Positions 18,340 through 25,697 are shown, counted from the first letter of the stretch. The stretch: 64,000 bases of DNA from Candidatus Kaiserbacteria bacterium (GCA_016204695.1 JACQKD010000014.1:88170-152169); one strand, 5' to 3'. Numbers and translations: made by a program. Notes: generated from the sequence alone by a model not told the origin.

Positions 18340-19348
18340 ATTTCAGCACGCAGAGTGGTATAGTATACCTATGCAAAAGTACCGAGTAGCTGTTCTTCGC
18401 GGAGGACCGGGCGAAGAATATGATATTTCGTTGCAGAGCGGCATGGACGTGCTCGCGGCGCTCGACACCGACCGGTACCAGCCGCTTGATGTCGTCATCA
18501 CGCAATCCGGCGAATGGCTCTCGCAGGGCAGAGTGCGCGTGCCGCACGAACTCTTCACCGGCATTGATGCGGTTTTCCTCGCGCTTCACGGCCCATATGG
18601 AGAAAACGGCAGAGTCCAGCGTCTCCTCGACACTCTGCGTGTGCCGTATACCGGCAGTCGAGCGTTCCCCTCGACAATGACCCTCAACAAGGCGCTGGCG
18701 AAAGACCGCCTCGCACGCGCGGGAGTGCGGATGCCGAGACATATGCTTGTCAGTGCCTCCGCACAGCAAAATCTCGCCGGCCTCGCCGATTCCATCAGAG
18801 AGCTTTTCGGGCCGAGATACATTGTAAAGCCGGTAGACGGCAGCTCGTCGGTCGGTATCGCATATGCGGAGAACGCTTCCATCCTTATCACCGCGCTTGC
18901 CCAAGCGCTCGCCGCGCACGAACAGGTGCTTATTGAAGAATATATAGAAGGAAGGGAAGCGACCTGCGGTATCATCGAGCGCTTCCGCGAGCAAGACCGT
19001 TATGCGATCCCGGTGATGGAGATAGCCTCTCCGGACGGAGCGCCCTTCATAGACTGCGACAGCAGACGGAACAACCGGGTGCACGAAATTTGCCCGGCCT
19101 CGTTTTCAAATGCGGAAAAAAGGGAGCTCGAGCGGCTCGCCCGACTCGTGCATGACACGCTTGAGTTGTCGCAGTACTCGCACAGCGACTTCATCGTCGC
19201 GGATGACGGCATGTATTTTATAGAGGCAAATACCCTGCCGCGCCTTACGACAGAGTCGTCCTTACCAAAAGCGCTCACGAGCGTAGGATCTCCCTACAAG
19301 GACTTCATCAATCACCTCGTCGAGGATACATTGGAAAAAAGGAGCTGA
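18332..19348 (+). CDS. ddl: D-alanine--D-alanine ligase family (ATP-grasp) paralogue
   Basis: VLRGGPGEEYDISLQSG..., FLALHGPYGENGRVQRLLDTLRVPYTGS, ATP-grasp C-terminal half. True start may be the ATG at 18371. Confidence 0.75.
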   Translation: MYKFQHAEWYSIPMQKYRVAVLRGGPGEEYDISLQSGMDVLAALDTDRYQPLDVVITQSGEWLSQGRVRVPHELFTGIDAVFLALHGPYGENGRVQRLLDTLRVPYTGSRAFPSTMTLNKALAKDRLARAGVRMPRHMLVSASAQQNLAGLADSIRELFGPRYIVKPVDGSSSVGIAYAENASILITALAQALAAHEQVLIEEYIEGREATCGIIERFREQDRYAIPVMEIASPDGAPFIDCDSRRNNRVHEICPASFSNAEKRELERLARLVHDTLELSQYSHSDFIVADDGMYFIEANTLPRLTTESSLPKALTSVGSPYKDFINHLVEDTLEKRS

Positions 19349-19365
19349 CCTTCCCGCCATCCTCT

Positions 19366-19986
19366 CTATTTTCCGTCGGGAGACGGAAGATTGTCTGTTT
19401 CCACGGGTCCTTCAATATTGACGTATCCTTGAAATCTCCTGAAGATCCGCCCTCTGCGCAACAGTACGAAGAGAATAGCGATCGGCAGAAGGAAAATGAT
19501 CGCCCAATAGCTCTTGTGCTCGATGATGATGCCGCCGAAGTAATAGAAGAGTCCGACGAAGACGGCATTGGTCAAGAAAGTAGTCGCGAGAAATTTGCCA
19601 TAGCTGATCTTGGTCAGACCCGCAATATAGCTGATGTAGTCGAAAATAAGCACCGTGGCGACGCGCACCGATATCAAGCCGAGCAGACCCGTCTGCGTGC
19701 GTATTTTTTCTTCCCATGCACGTATTTTCTCCAGTGCCATAAACCGCCGCACCGCCGGCTCTCTGAACTTTCGCGCAATGAAAAAATTGGCGGTACTGCC
19801 GATCATCGAACCGATAATCGTGTAGATAAAACCGTTCCATTTGCCGAACACCGCAAGAAACACCGCGTCGAGCGCGGTACTCGGTATCGGCGGAATGATG
19901 ACCGACCATATTCTGATAAGAATGGCGGCAACGGGCGCCGCCGTTGTATACGTTTCGAGAAACGCCTGTACTGATTCAAACATCAA
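19366..19986 (-). CDS. DedA/SNARE-associated (TVP38/TMEM64) family membrane protein
   Basis: VFLAVFGKWNGFIYTIIGSMIGSTANFFIAR with multiple TM helices. Confidence 0.8.
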   Translation of the reverse strand: MMFESVQAFLETYTTAAPVAAILIRIWSVIIPPIPSTALDAVFLAVFGKWNGFIYTIIGSMIGSTANFFIARKFREPAVRRFMALEKIRAWEEKIRTQTGLLGLISVRVATVLIFDYISYIAGLTKISYGKFLATTFLTNAVFVGLFYYFGGIIIEHKSYWAIIFLLPIAILFVLLRRGRIFRRFQGYVNIEGPVETDNLPSPDGK

Positions 19987-20047
19987 GTGTAACTATAGCA
20001 GATCATATCCGCATCGGCCGCATACCGGATACCGTATGCACTTCCGT

Positions 20048-20075
20048 AGTGGACCCGAGGGGATTCGATCCTTAC
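20048..20075 (-). repeat. Degenerate duplicate of the tRNA-Ala(CGC) 3' end (integration scar)
   Basis: Reverse complement reads ...GTAAGGATCGAATCCCCTCGGGTCCA; the last 20 nt are identical to the 3' end of tRNA-Ala(CGC) 140 bp away. Confidence 0.6.
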
Positions 20076-20212
20076 AGGATCAGTATACCTTGCGGATACT
20101 TTTCTTCTCCGCCAGCCGGCGGATCGAAAAGATATCTCGCAAGGTCTGCGAACCCCCTGTATCCTACAAAAACATAGTCGCGTGACGCTTCGCGTCCCGC
20201 TCCTTGTTTTTG

Positions 20213-20284
20213 TGGACCCGAGGGGATTCGCACCCCTGACCCCTGCAATGCGAATGCAGTGCTCTACTCCTGAGCTACGGGCCC
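20213..20284 (-). tRNA. tRNA-Ala (anticodon CGC)
   Basis: GGGCCCG TA GCTC AGGAGTA GAGC A CTGCA TTCGCAT TGCAG GGGTC AGGGG TGCGAAT CCCCT CGGGTCC A; G3:U70 present. Confidence 0.9.
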
Positions 20285-20373
20285 GGCAACGCCTCATATG
20301 GTATCCGACAGGACGGGAAAAAGGAAGTTGCTGGCGGCATCTGTCGGTTTTGGCTACAATACACCATGCATCT

Positions 20374-20445
20374 CCTCCCGTCGTTCAACGGATAGGACGC
20401 GAGTTTCCGGAACTCGTAATGTCAGTTCGATTCTGGCCGGGAGGA
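20374..20445 (+). tRNA. tRNA-Arg (anticodon CCG)
   Basis: CCTCCCG TC GTTC AACGGATA GGAC G CGAGT TTCCGGA ACTCG TAAT GTCAG TTCGATT CTGGC CGGGAGG A. Confidence 0.8.
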
Positions 20446-20459
20446 CAAGAGCTTCATTG

Positions 20460-20530
20460 TGGACCTACGGGGAGTCGAACCCCGGCCTCCTCCATGCCAT
20501 GGAGGCGTTATACCGCTTAACTATAGGCCC
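20460..20530 (-). tRNA. tRNA-Ala (anticodon GGC)
   Basis: GGGCCTA TA GTTA AGCGGTA TAAC G CCTCC ATGGCAT GGAGG AGGC CGGGG TTCGACT CCCCG TAGGTCC A; G3:U70. Confidence 0.85.
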
Positions 20531-20570
20531 TCGAGTACGGGTCCGTGGAATTGTCTTCAACTCTACCTGA

Positions 20571-21116
20571 ATGCAATATCTCGCACAAGAACACCGCATG
20601 TTTGCAGAGGAAGCTGTCCACAGGACATACGAAAATACTTCACTTGTATCTTATACTGTGCCTAACGATCAGCATTTTGTGATGAATATCCTCTCATACT
20701 TCGACTTGAATAAGACGGCGGGCGGCTTCCGGGAACTCGGAGGCAGTGCGGCACTGGACTATAAGATGAAAGCCGAGCCGCCAGCCGCTCCGGTACCGGA
20801 AGCGCCGGAGACAGTAAAACCGCAAGCGCGCCCGATGCCCCTCTTTGAACAGCTCGTGCTGTACGCCGGCGTGATCATCGGCGTACTCTTCAGCTCAACA
20901 GTTAGACAATTCCAGGATGGAGCAGTCGCATTGCCAAAACTCGGTTTTGCCTCCGTACTGATTGCGGCGGTCGTGTCGCTGATCATCATCCCCATCGTGT
21001 TCGACAAGCTCAAGGTCAATCCCGACGCGCCGTTTATCATCCGCTTCGGCCTCTTCGTCCAACACGGCGCATTCTGGCACATCCTCCTTGTCGCGATCGG
21101 CAAGGCAATCGTTTGA
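20571..21116 (+). CDS. Hypothetical membrane protein
   Basis: C-terminal TM helices; start uncertain. Confidence 0.35.
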   Translation: MQYLAQEHRMFAEEAVHRTYENTSLVSYTVPNDQHFVMNILSYFDLNKTAGGFRELGGSAALDYKMKAEPPAAPVPEAPETVKPQARPMPLFEQLVLYAGVIIGVLFSSTVRQFQDGAVALPKLGFASVLIAAVVSLIIIPIVFDKLKVNPDAPFIIRFGLFVQHGAFWHILLVAIGKAIV

Positions 21117-21199
21117 ACCGGTACATAACGCCCGGGTAGCAAAGACAGAAAAAATATGTATAGTTGAAGGGAACAAAAGCAGTCCATAGGACTGTTTTT

Positions 21200-21272
21200 G
21201 GGCCCCTAGCTCATCTGGTAGAGCACCGGTTTTGCACTCCGGAGGCGAGCGGTTCGAGTCCGCTGGGGTCCA
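21200..21272 (+). tRNA. tRNA-Ala (anticodon TGC)
   Basis: GGGCCCC TA GCTC ATCTGGT AGAGC A CCGGT TTTGCAC TCCGG AGGCG AGCGG TTCGAGT CCGCT GGGGTCC A; G3:U70. Confidence 0.9.
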
Positions 21273-21292
21273 CATACGGTGTAGGATGTAGG

Positions 21293-23015
21293 GGTATCCG
21301 CTTAAGGCGGGACAATTGGGTGTCGGTCATGTACGCTGAAGGACTGAATTCCACCACGAGTTCAGTCACCCTTCAGAGGACCGACCGACATGAAATTTTG
21401 GGCCAAAAGTCTTCGCATTGTCAACGCTTTTTGTGACAACGCCGCGCAGAGCATCCGACACGTGGCGCATCAGACCGGGTTCTCCAAGAGCAGTGTGCAT
21501 CGCCTCAAACAGGCGATGGAACGCCGAGACCGCCACCCAGAGTCGTGGTTGTGGGAAACGGAAGAAGGCCACCGTTGGCTCCTCCGTCTGGTGGTCGCCG
21601 CCCTTTTTACGTTCGGTCTCACACGCGGTGTCGGGGCGGAAACCCTCAGCGAGTTTTTTGGCCGTCTGCGCCTCGAGGCACATATCGGGTCTTCGCCCAG
21701 CGCCTTGCGGAGGATGATGGAGGCGTTGGAGGCCGTGCTTCTGGAGACGGCAGGAACATGGGAGCACGAGGGGGTAGCTGCCGGAGAGATCAGACCAATC
21801 ATCGGCGCGGTGGACGAAACCTTCTTGGAACGCATGATGCTGGTGTTCATGGACCTTGCCAGTGGCTACTTGGTGGCTGAAGAGGTTGCCGCGGATCGGA
21901 GTTATGACACCTGGTACGCTGTGGTCACGGCACGCCTGGCGACGCTGGGGGTTGGTGTGAGGTACATGGTGAGTGACCGGGCCAAGGCACTGATCAAACT
22001 GGCGGACACGGGGCTGGCGTGCTTGAGCGTCCCGGACTTCTTCCACCTTCTCCATGACCTGACCAAGAGCTATTCGCTGGCCATTGTCAGTCGGCTGAGG
22101 CACGCGCAGCAGGCCTTGCAGCACGCGCAGGAGCGTCTTGCCGCGTGCCAAGAGGCTCATCCAGACGGTGCGGACGTGCAACACGTGCACGCCTTGGTGG
22201 AGGTGCATGAAGCGGAAGTCCAGCGCTGGCAAAACGTGCACAGTGACTACCGGCACCACCTCGAGCACCTGTCGCTCATCATGCATCCATGGCGCTTAGG
22301 AGGCTCGACACCCCAGACGTCACACGAAGTGGAAGACCTCTTACAGACAGAGATCGCGGCCCTGGAAACCTTGGTCGCAACGCAGGGGGTGCCCATCAAG
22401 AAGCACGCCTTGGAGAAGGTCCGCAAGCAGCTCGCGGGCGTCGCCGCCCTGGTGGACGTGTGGTGGCAGGAGGTGTGGCACGATGTGCAGTCTCAGGTTG
22501 CCCTGACGTCGCAGTGGCGGGGCTGGGTTGCAGAGTGTGTGCTGCCGCTCATGTATTGGCAGGAACAACTGGCGCGCACGCGTTGCCCACGACGCAAAGC
22601 CAAGCTCTTCGAGGCGTTGCAGACGGTTGAGGAGGCCATGGAAACGCATCCCCTCACCCGCCAGTTGGCCCCCGAGGTCCTGGCGGGGTGGAAAGTCTGG
22701 GCGGCCGAGCATGCCAGAGGCTTTCAGCGGGCCTCCTCGGCGGTTGAAGGGCGCAACGGTGCGCTGCCGCAGTTGCACCACAACCAGCGCGGCTTGCCCA
22801 AACGCCGCTACAAGGTGTGGACGGTGTTGCACAACTTCGACTGTCGTGCCGCGGACGGGAGCACGCCCGCCTCACGGTTTTTCCGGCACGAATTTCCGGA
22901 CCTCTTTGAGACGGTGCTCTCAAAAATCGATGACGTACCACGATCTCGTCAACGCCACCAGGCTCTGGCGATAAGTATTTGAAGCTATAGAATGTCCCGC
23001 TTTAAGCGGATACCC
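21293..23015 (+). mobile_element. Insertion sequence, ISL3-family-like (1.72 kb, single transposase, 22-bp terminal inverted repeats, 9-bp target-site duplication GGATGTAGG)
   Basis: IR-L GGTATCCGCTTAAGGCGGGACA (21293-21314) matches the reverse complement of IR-R (22993-23015) with one mismatch. Flanking direct repeat GGATGTAGG at 21284-21292 and 23016-23024. GC content is higher than surrounding DNA. Confidence 0.75.
21390..22982 (+). CDS. DDE transposase (ISL3-like)
   Basis: N-terminal HTH; catalytic-region signatures AVDETF...MDL, MVSDRAKAL...VPDFFHLLHDL (DrFHv-like) and AVEGRNGALPQLHHNQRGL (EGxN...RG). Confidence 0.7.
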   Translation: MKFWAKSLRIVNAFCDNAAQSIRHVAHQTGFSKSSVHRLKQAMERRDRHPESWLWETEEGHRWLLRLVVAALFTFGLTRGVGAETLSEFFGRLRLEAHIGSSPSALRRMMEALEAVLLETAGTWEHEGVAAGEIRPIIGAVDETFLERMMLVFMDLASGYLVAEEVAADRSYDTWYAVVTARLATLGVGVRYMVSDRAKALIKLADTGLACLSVPDFFHLLHDLTKSYSLAIVSRLRHAQQALQHAQERLAACQEAHPDGADVQHVHALVEVHEAEVQRWQNVHSDYRHHLEHLSLIMHPWRLGGSTPQTSHEVEDLLQTEIAALETLVATQGVPIKKHALEKVRKQLAGVAALVDVWWQEVWHDVQSQVALTSQWRGWVAECVLPLMYWQEQLARTRCPRRKAKLFEALQTVEEAMETHPLTRQLAPEVLAGWKVWAAEHARGFQRASSAVEGRNGALPQLHHNQRGLPKRRYKVWTVLHNFDCRAADGSTPASRFFRHEFPDLFETVLSKIDDVPRSRQRHQALAISI

Positions 23016-23036
23016 GGATGTAGGATGGTGTAGGTT
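23016..23036 (+). repeat. 24-bp (TGTAGG)x3-type site, copy 1 (split by the IS; other half at 21277-21292)
   Basis: Reconstituted pre-insertion site GGTGTAGGATGTAGGATGGTGTAGG. Related copies at 23770-23791 and 25417-25442. Confidence 0.6.
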
Positions 23037-23054
23037 TTTTGCTTTATATGGCTA

Positions 23055-23267
23055 TTGACTGGACAGACATACAAAAAGAATACAAAGGGCTCTGGGTGGC
23101 CGCTCAAGGAAGATGAACAGACTGTAGTAGGGAGCGGCAAGACTCTTGCGGAGGCCCTGGAAAAAGCGAAGGAAGCCGGATATGAGAAACCCATTGTTGT
23201 CTGCACGTCAGAAAGGGTCCTGCCGTTTATAGGCGGCCCCCAATTAGTGACGGGAAAAGAAGAGTAG
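23055..23267 (+). CDS. DUF2188-like small protein (TTG start)
   Basis: KGSGWPLKEDEQTVVGSGKTLAEALEKAKEAGYEKPIVV resembles the DUF2188 pattern (GWaVk.eG....tqaeAie.A...A). Confidence 0.45.
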   Translation: MTGQTYKKNTKGSGWPLKEDEQTVVGSGKTLAEALEKAKEAGYEKPIVVCTSERVLPFIGGPQLVTGKEE

Positions 23268-23312
23268 ATTGCGGGAGAGAAATAAGAGGCAGAGCAGGGA
23301 GAAAATGAAAGA

Positions 23313-23347
23313 GAGAAGCCGTCAGAATAAATCTCTGACGGCTTCTC
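23313..23347 (+). terminator. Terminator hairpin (14-bp stem, T-rich tail)
   Basis: GAGAAGCCGTCAGA / ATAAATC / TCTGACGGCTTCTC then TCTTTTCTC. Core GCCGTCAGA..TCTGACGGC is shared with the hairpin at 24963-24993. Confidence 0.6.
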
Positions 23348-23489
23348 TCTTTTCTCATGCTATAATCCGTTCAATTTGTACCTTCTAAACTGACGGGGAG
23401 AAAGTCCGGTGCCCTTTTTGATCTTCAGGGAGCTACGTCACTTTCCTCCCCCTCCATAGCCACCAACACTTGGTAGCTACGGCGGGGGC

Positions 23490-23705
23490 GTGAGTAAGGT
23501 CGACCGCTTCCCGAATTATCAACAAAAGTTCCGAATGTGTATGAGTATAAATAAAACTACTACTCAAACCGGGCAAAAAGCTCCTATTTCTGGTCAATAT
23601 CGGCCAGTTGGTACGCGCGACGAAATCACCCTCTCGAAGGGGGATCGTGTTCCACCGTACCAGAAGGAAGCCAAGAAGTTTGTTCTGGTTGATAAAACCA
23701 AATAG
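23490..23705 (+). CDS. YjzC-like small protein (hypothetical)
   Basis: GQKAPISGQYRPVGTRDEITLSKGDRVPP resembles the YjzC family pattern. Start may be the internal Met at 23544. Confidence 0.4.
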   Translation: MSKVDRFPNYQQKFRMCMSINKTTTQTGQKAPISGQYRPVGTRDEITLSKGDRVPPYQKEAKKFVLVDKTK

Positions 23706-23769
23706 CTTCTGACGCCCAGAATCCCCGTCAGTTTCGAGAGTACAACTCTTATTTTCTATAAGGCTCAGT

Positions 23770-23791
23770 GGGGATGTAGGTCGGTGTAGAC
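23770..23791 (+). repeat. 24-bp (TGTAGG)x3-type site, copy 2
   Basis: GGGGATGTAGGTCGGTGTAGAC lies 16 nt upstream of the SIR2-like ORF. Confidence 0.55.
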
Positions 23792-23806
23792 TTATACAAG
23801 TTCGTA

Positions 23807-24862
23807 TTGTTAAAAATTGGAAATCTGAATGAGGGTATGTCGAATCCACTTATAATTTTCGGAGCAGGCGCGTCCTTTGACTATTCTGCGTTTGGTAACA
23901 TCGCTCCACTTACTAATGATCTCGTCTCAGAACGTTTTCTTCATCACGATCTTTTAGAAAAATATCAAGGTGCCAACGATCTGTTATCTGATATGGTGCA
24001 CCAGGTCCATACACGTAATCGCGCATTTGAGACCGTCTTGAGCGAGATGAGAGAACGTGCGGCCCATTCTCCGCAACTTCTCAGTCAATTCGCAGCACTT
24101 GAATTTTATTTAAAAGCTCTTTTCAAGCGGATCTCAACTCCCTCGGACCTAACAAGAAGAGCGTATCAGGTAAACAATTATCGGATTATAAATAATCGTA
24201 TACATGCGTACTCTGGTGGTAGAGCAAATATTATATCTTTTAATTACGACACTCTCTTTGAGCATACTCTTGGTGCAAAAGCGCCAAAAAACATGCTGGA
24301 ATATATTTCTGGTGATATTAAAATCTTCAAACTGCATGGTTCCCACGACTGGCTTCATATACAACCAAGATCGCTAATGGGGGGTGATCCAAAGACAGAA
24401 GCAGAGGATATTGACTGGTACTTGGGTCGTCCAGATTTTATTGAGAATATTAGAGCTAGAAATGACACAAGTCCTTACCATGAACTAGAGCTCCACGAAC
24501 GTCCGAATAGAAATCGATATGCTTGGTTTCCAGCGATCGCTGTCCCTTTAAATAGTAAAGACAGATATGTTTGTCCTCCGAGGCATATCCAAGCGCTCGA
24601 ACAGGTACTGCCAAAGATCGATCGGGTTCTTATTATTGGTTGGAAAGCAGGAGATCAGCTTCTTCTTGAAATGCTTTCAAGACACTTGCCTAACTTCGGC
24701 TACAAGTTGCTTGTGATCTCAGGAACTGTAGATGGTGCGCAAAAGGTTGCCGAAGTTGTTCGAGATAAACTTACTGCCCATGCAGGAAAAATTGAGGCAC
24801 GTGGCGGTGGATTCTCAGATTTCGTAGGTAGCGATATAAGTCATAGCTTTTTTGCCGATTGA
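23807..24862 (+). CDS. SIR2-like (SIR2_2/DHS-like NAD-binding) domain protein, standalone; candidate anti-phage NADase
   Basis: IIFGAGASFD (GAGxS nucleotide-binding loop), ISFNYDTLFE, KLHGSHDW. AT-rich gene in a mobile island; track ORF starts at TTG 23807, first ATG at 23837. Confidence 0.7.
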   Translation: MLKIGNLNEGMSNPLIIFGAGASFDYSAFGNIAPLTNDLVSERFLHHDLLEKYQGANDLLSDMVHQVHTRNRAFETVLSEMRERAAHSPQLLSQFAALEFYLKALFKRISTPSDLTRRAYQVNNYRIINNRIHAYSGGRANIISFNYDTLFEHTLGAKAPKNMLEYISGDIKIFKLHGSHDWLHIQPRSLMGGDPKTEAEDIDWYLGRPDFIENIRARNDTSPYHELELHERPNRNRYAWFPAIAVPLNSKDRYVCPPRHIQALEQVLPKIDRVLIIGWKAGDQLLLEMLSRHLPNFGYKLLVISGTVDGAQKVAEVVRDKLTAHAGKIEARGGGFSDFVGSDISHSFFAD

Positions 24863-24962
24863 TTTATCATTACCAGGAGACACTTGACGACCTTGTATGC
24901 TTTGGTACTATATAGATACAAGTGGCTTCGGCCTCACCCCCGCAAGGGGGAGAAAATGCAGG

Positions 24963-24993
24963 AAAGCCGTCAGAACAAGTTTCTGACGGCTTT
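24963..24993. terminator. Bidirectional hairpin between convergent SIR2-like and MazF-like genes
   Basis: AAAGCCGTCAGAA / CAAGT / TTCTGACGGCTTT overlaps the last codons of the minus-strand toxin. A GC hairpin CCCCC GCAA GGGGG sits at 24934-24953. Confidence 0.5.
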
Positions 24994-25353
24994 TCTCAAT
25001 TCTGCGAATATTTCCTTGTCGAGAAAACCGACCTTTTCGACCAAACGCCGCGTATCGATCACTCGAAGTTGTGAGAGGAGCGCTTTCGCCTCCTTGTCTT
25101 GAACTATCCCCACAGAGATACGGAGTCGATGGGGATGCGGAGAGGTGGTTAGCGGGATAACCGCACAGGTTTCTGCTCCAAACGAGCGTATGATCACCAC
25201 CGGCCGAAGAAATGATTTACCGCTCCCGTCCTGTTCCGATCCGACATTCACGCCGAGTCGACACCACCATATTTCGCGAACCGTATAGAGACGAGATTCT
25301 TCACCATGGGTCTGCTTTTTCAGCGTATTCCACGTATCGAAATCTTTTGTCAT
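24970..25353 (-). CDS. MazF/PemK-family endoribonuclease toxin (type II TA), no adjacent canonical antitoxin
   Basis: REIWWCRLGVNVGSEQDGSGKSFLRPVVIIR...CAVIPLTTSPHP...IDTRRLVEKVGFLDKEIFAELRKAV aligns motif-for-motif with the MazF/NdoA family (GSEQxG, RPxxVI, xPxTT, IDxxRL). Confidence 0.75.
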   Translation of the reverse strand: MTKDFDTWNTLKKQTHGEESRLYTVREIWWCRLGVNVGSEQDGSGKSFLRPVVIIRSFGAETCAVIPLTTSPHPHRLRISVGIVQDKEAKALLSQLRVIDTRRLVEKVGFLDKEIFAELRKAVRNLF

Positions 25354-25402
25354 GAAGTTAGGGAAATCATAGCATGGACATTTTATGATGGTATGATGAG
25401 TC

Positions 25403-25549
25403 TTATCGAGAGGGGAGTGTAGGGTGTAGGTTGGTGTAGGACTTTTTCTCTAACAGCTTCTGGACGGGTGCCAGAAAATCCTTGTTTTCCGCCACAGCGG
25501 TTCGAACGTCGTCCAATAAGGCCCACAACTGTAGAAAATCCCGTCTCAT
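25403..25549 (-). CDS. Possible 48-aa ORF upstream of the MazF-like toxin (speculative antitoxin candidate; overlaps repeat site 3)
   Basis: ATG at the centre of the 42-nt palindrome encodes MRRDFLQLWALLDDVRTAVAENKDFLAPVQKLLEKKSYTNLHPTLPSR; ends 49 nt before the toxin start. Confidence 0.2.
   Translation of the reverse strand: MRRDFLQLWALLDDVRTAVAENKDFLAPVQKLLEKKSYTNLHPTLPSR
25417..25442 (+). repeat. 24-bp (TGTAGG)x3-type site, copy 3
   Basis: GTGTAGGGTGTAGGTTGGTGTAGGAC. Confidence 0.55.
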
Positions 25550-25570
25550 ATGAGACGGGATTTTCTACAG
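25529..25570. promoter_or_regulatory. Perfect 42-nt palindrome (21-nt arms, no spacer); operator or bidirectional terminator candidate
   Basis: CTGTAGAAAATCCCGTCTCATA|TGAGACGGGATTTTCTACAG. Confidence 0.5.
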
Positions 25571-25697
25571 TTGAAGGGGAGTTCGGAACGGACTCGAAGC
25601 TGTTGCGAGCTAGACTATGAGCGAAGCGAAATAGTATAGCCGCAACGGAGGAGTCGATTACCGCACCCGGGACAGGTCTGTTAAAATGGCAACCTGT

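Noticed and set aside
21366-22286. 306-aa minus-strand ORF inside the IS
   Set aside because: Antisense to the transposase gene; GC-rich shadow frame (Arg/Gln/His-rich), no motif.
21277-25442. Possibility that the repeated TGTAGG-containing sites form a CRISPR array
   Set aside because: Only three copies, irregular spacing (0.7 and 1.6 kb), internal tandem sub-repeats rather than repeat-spacer periodicity, and no cas genes.
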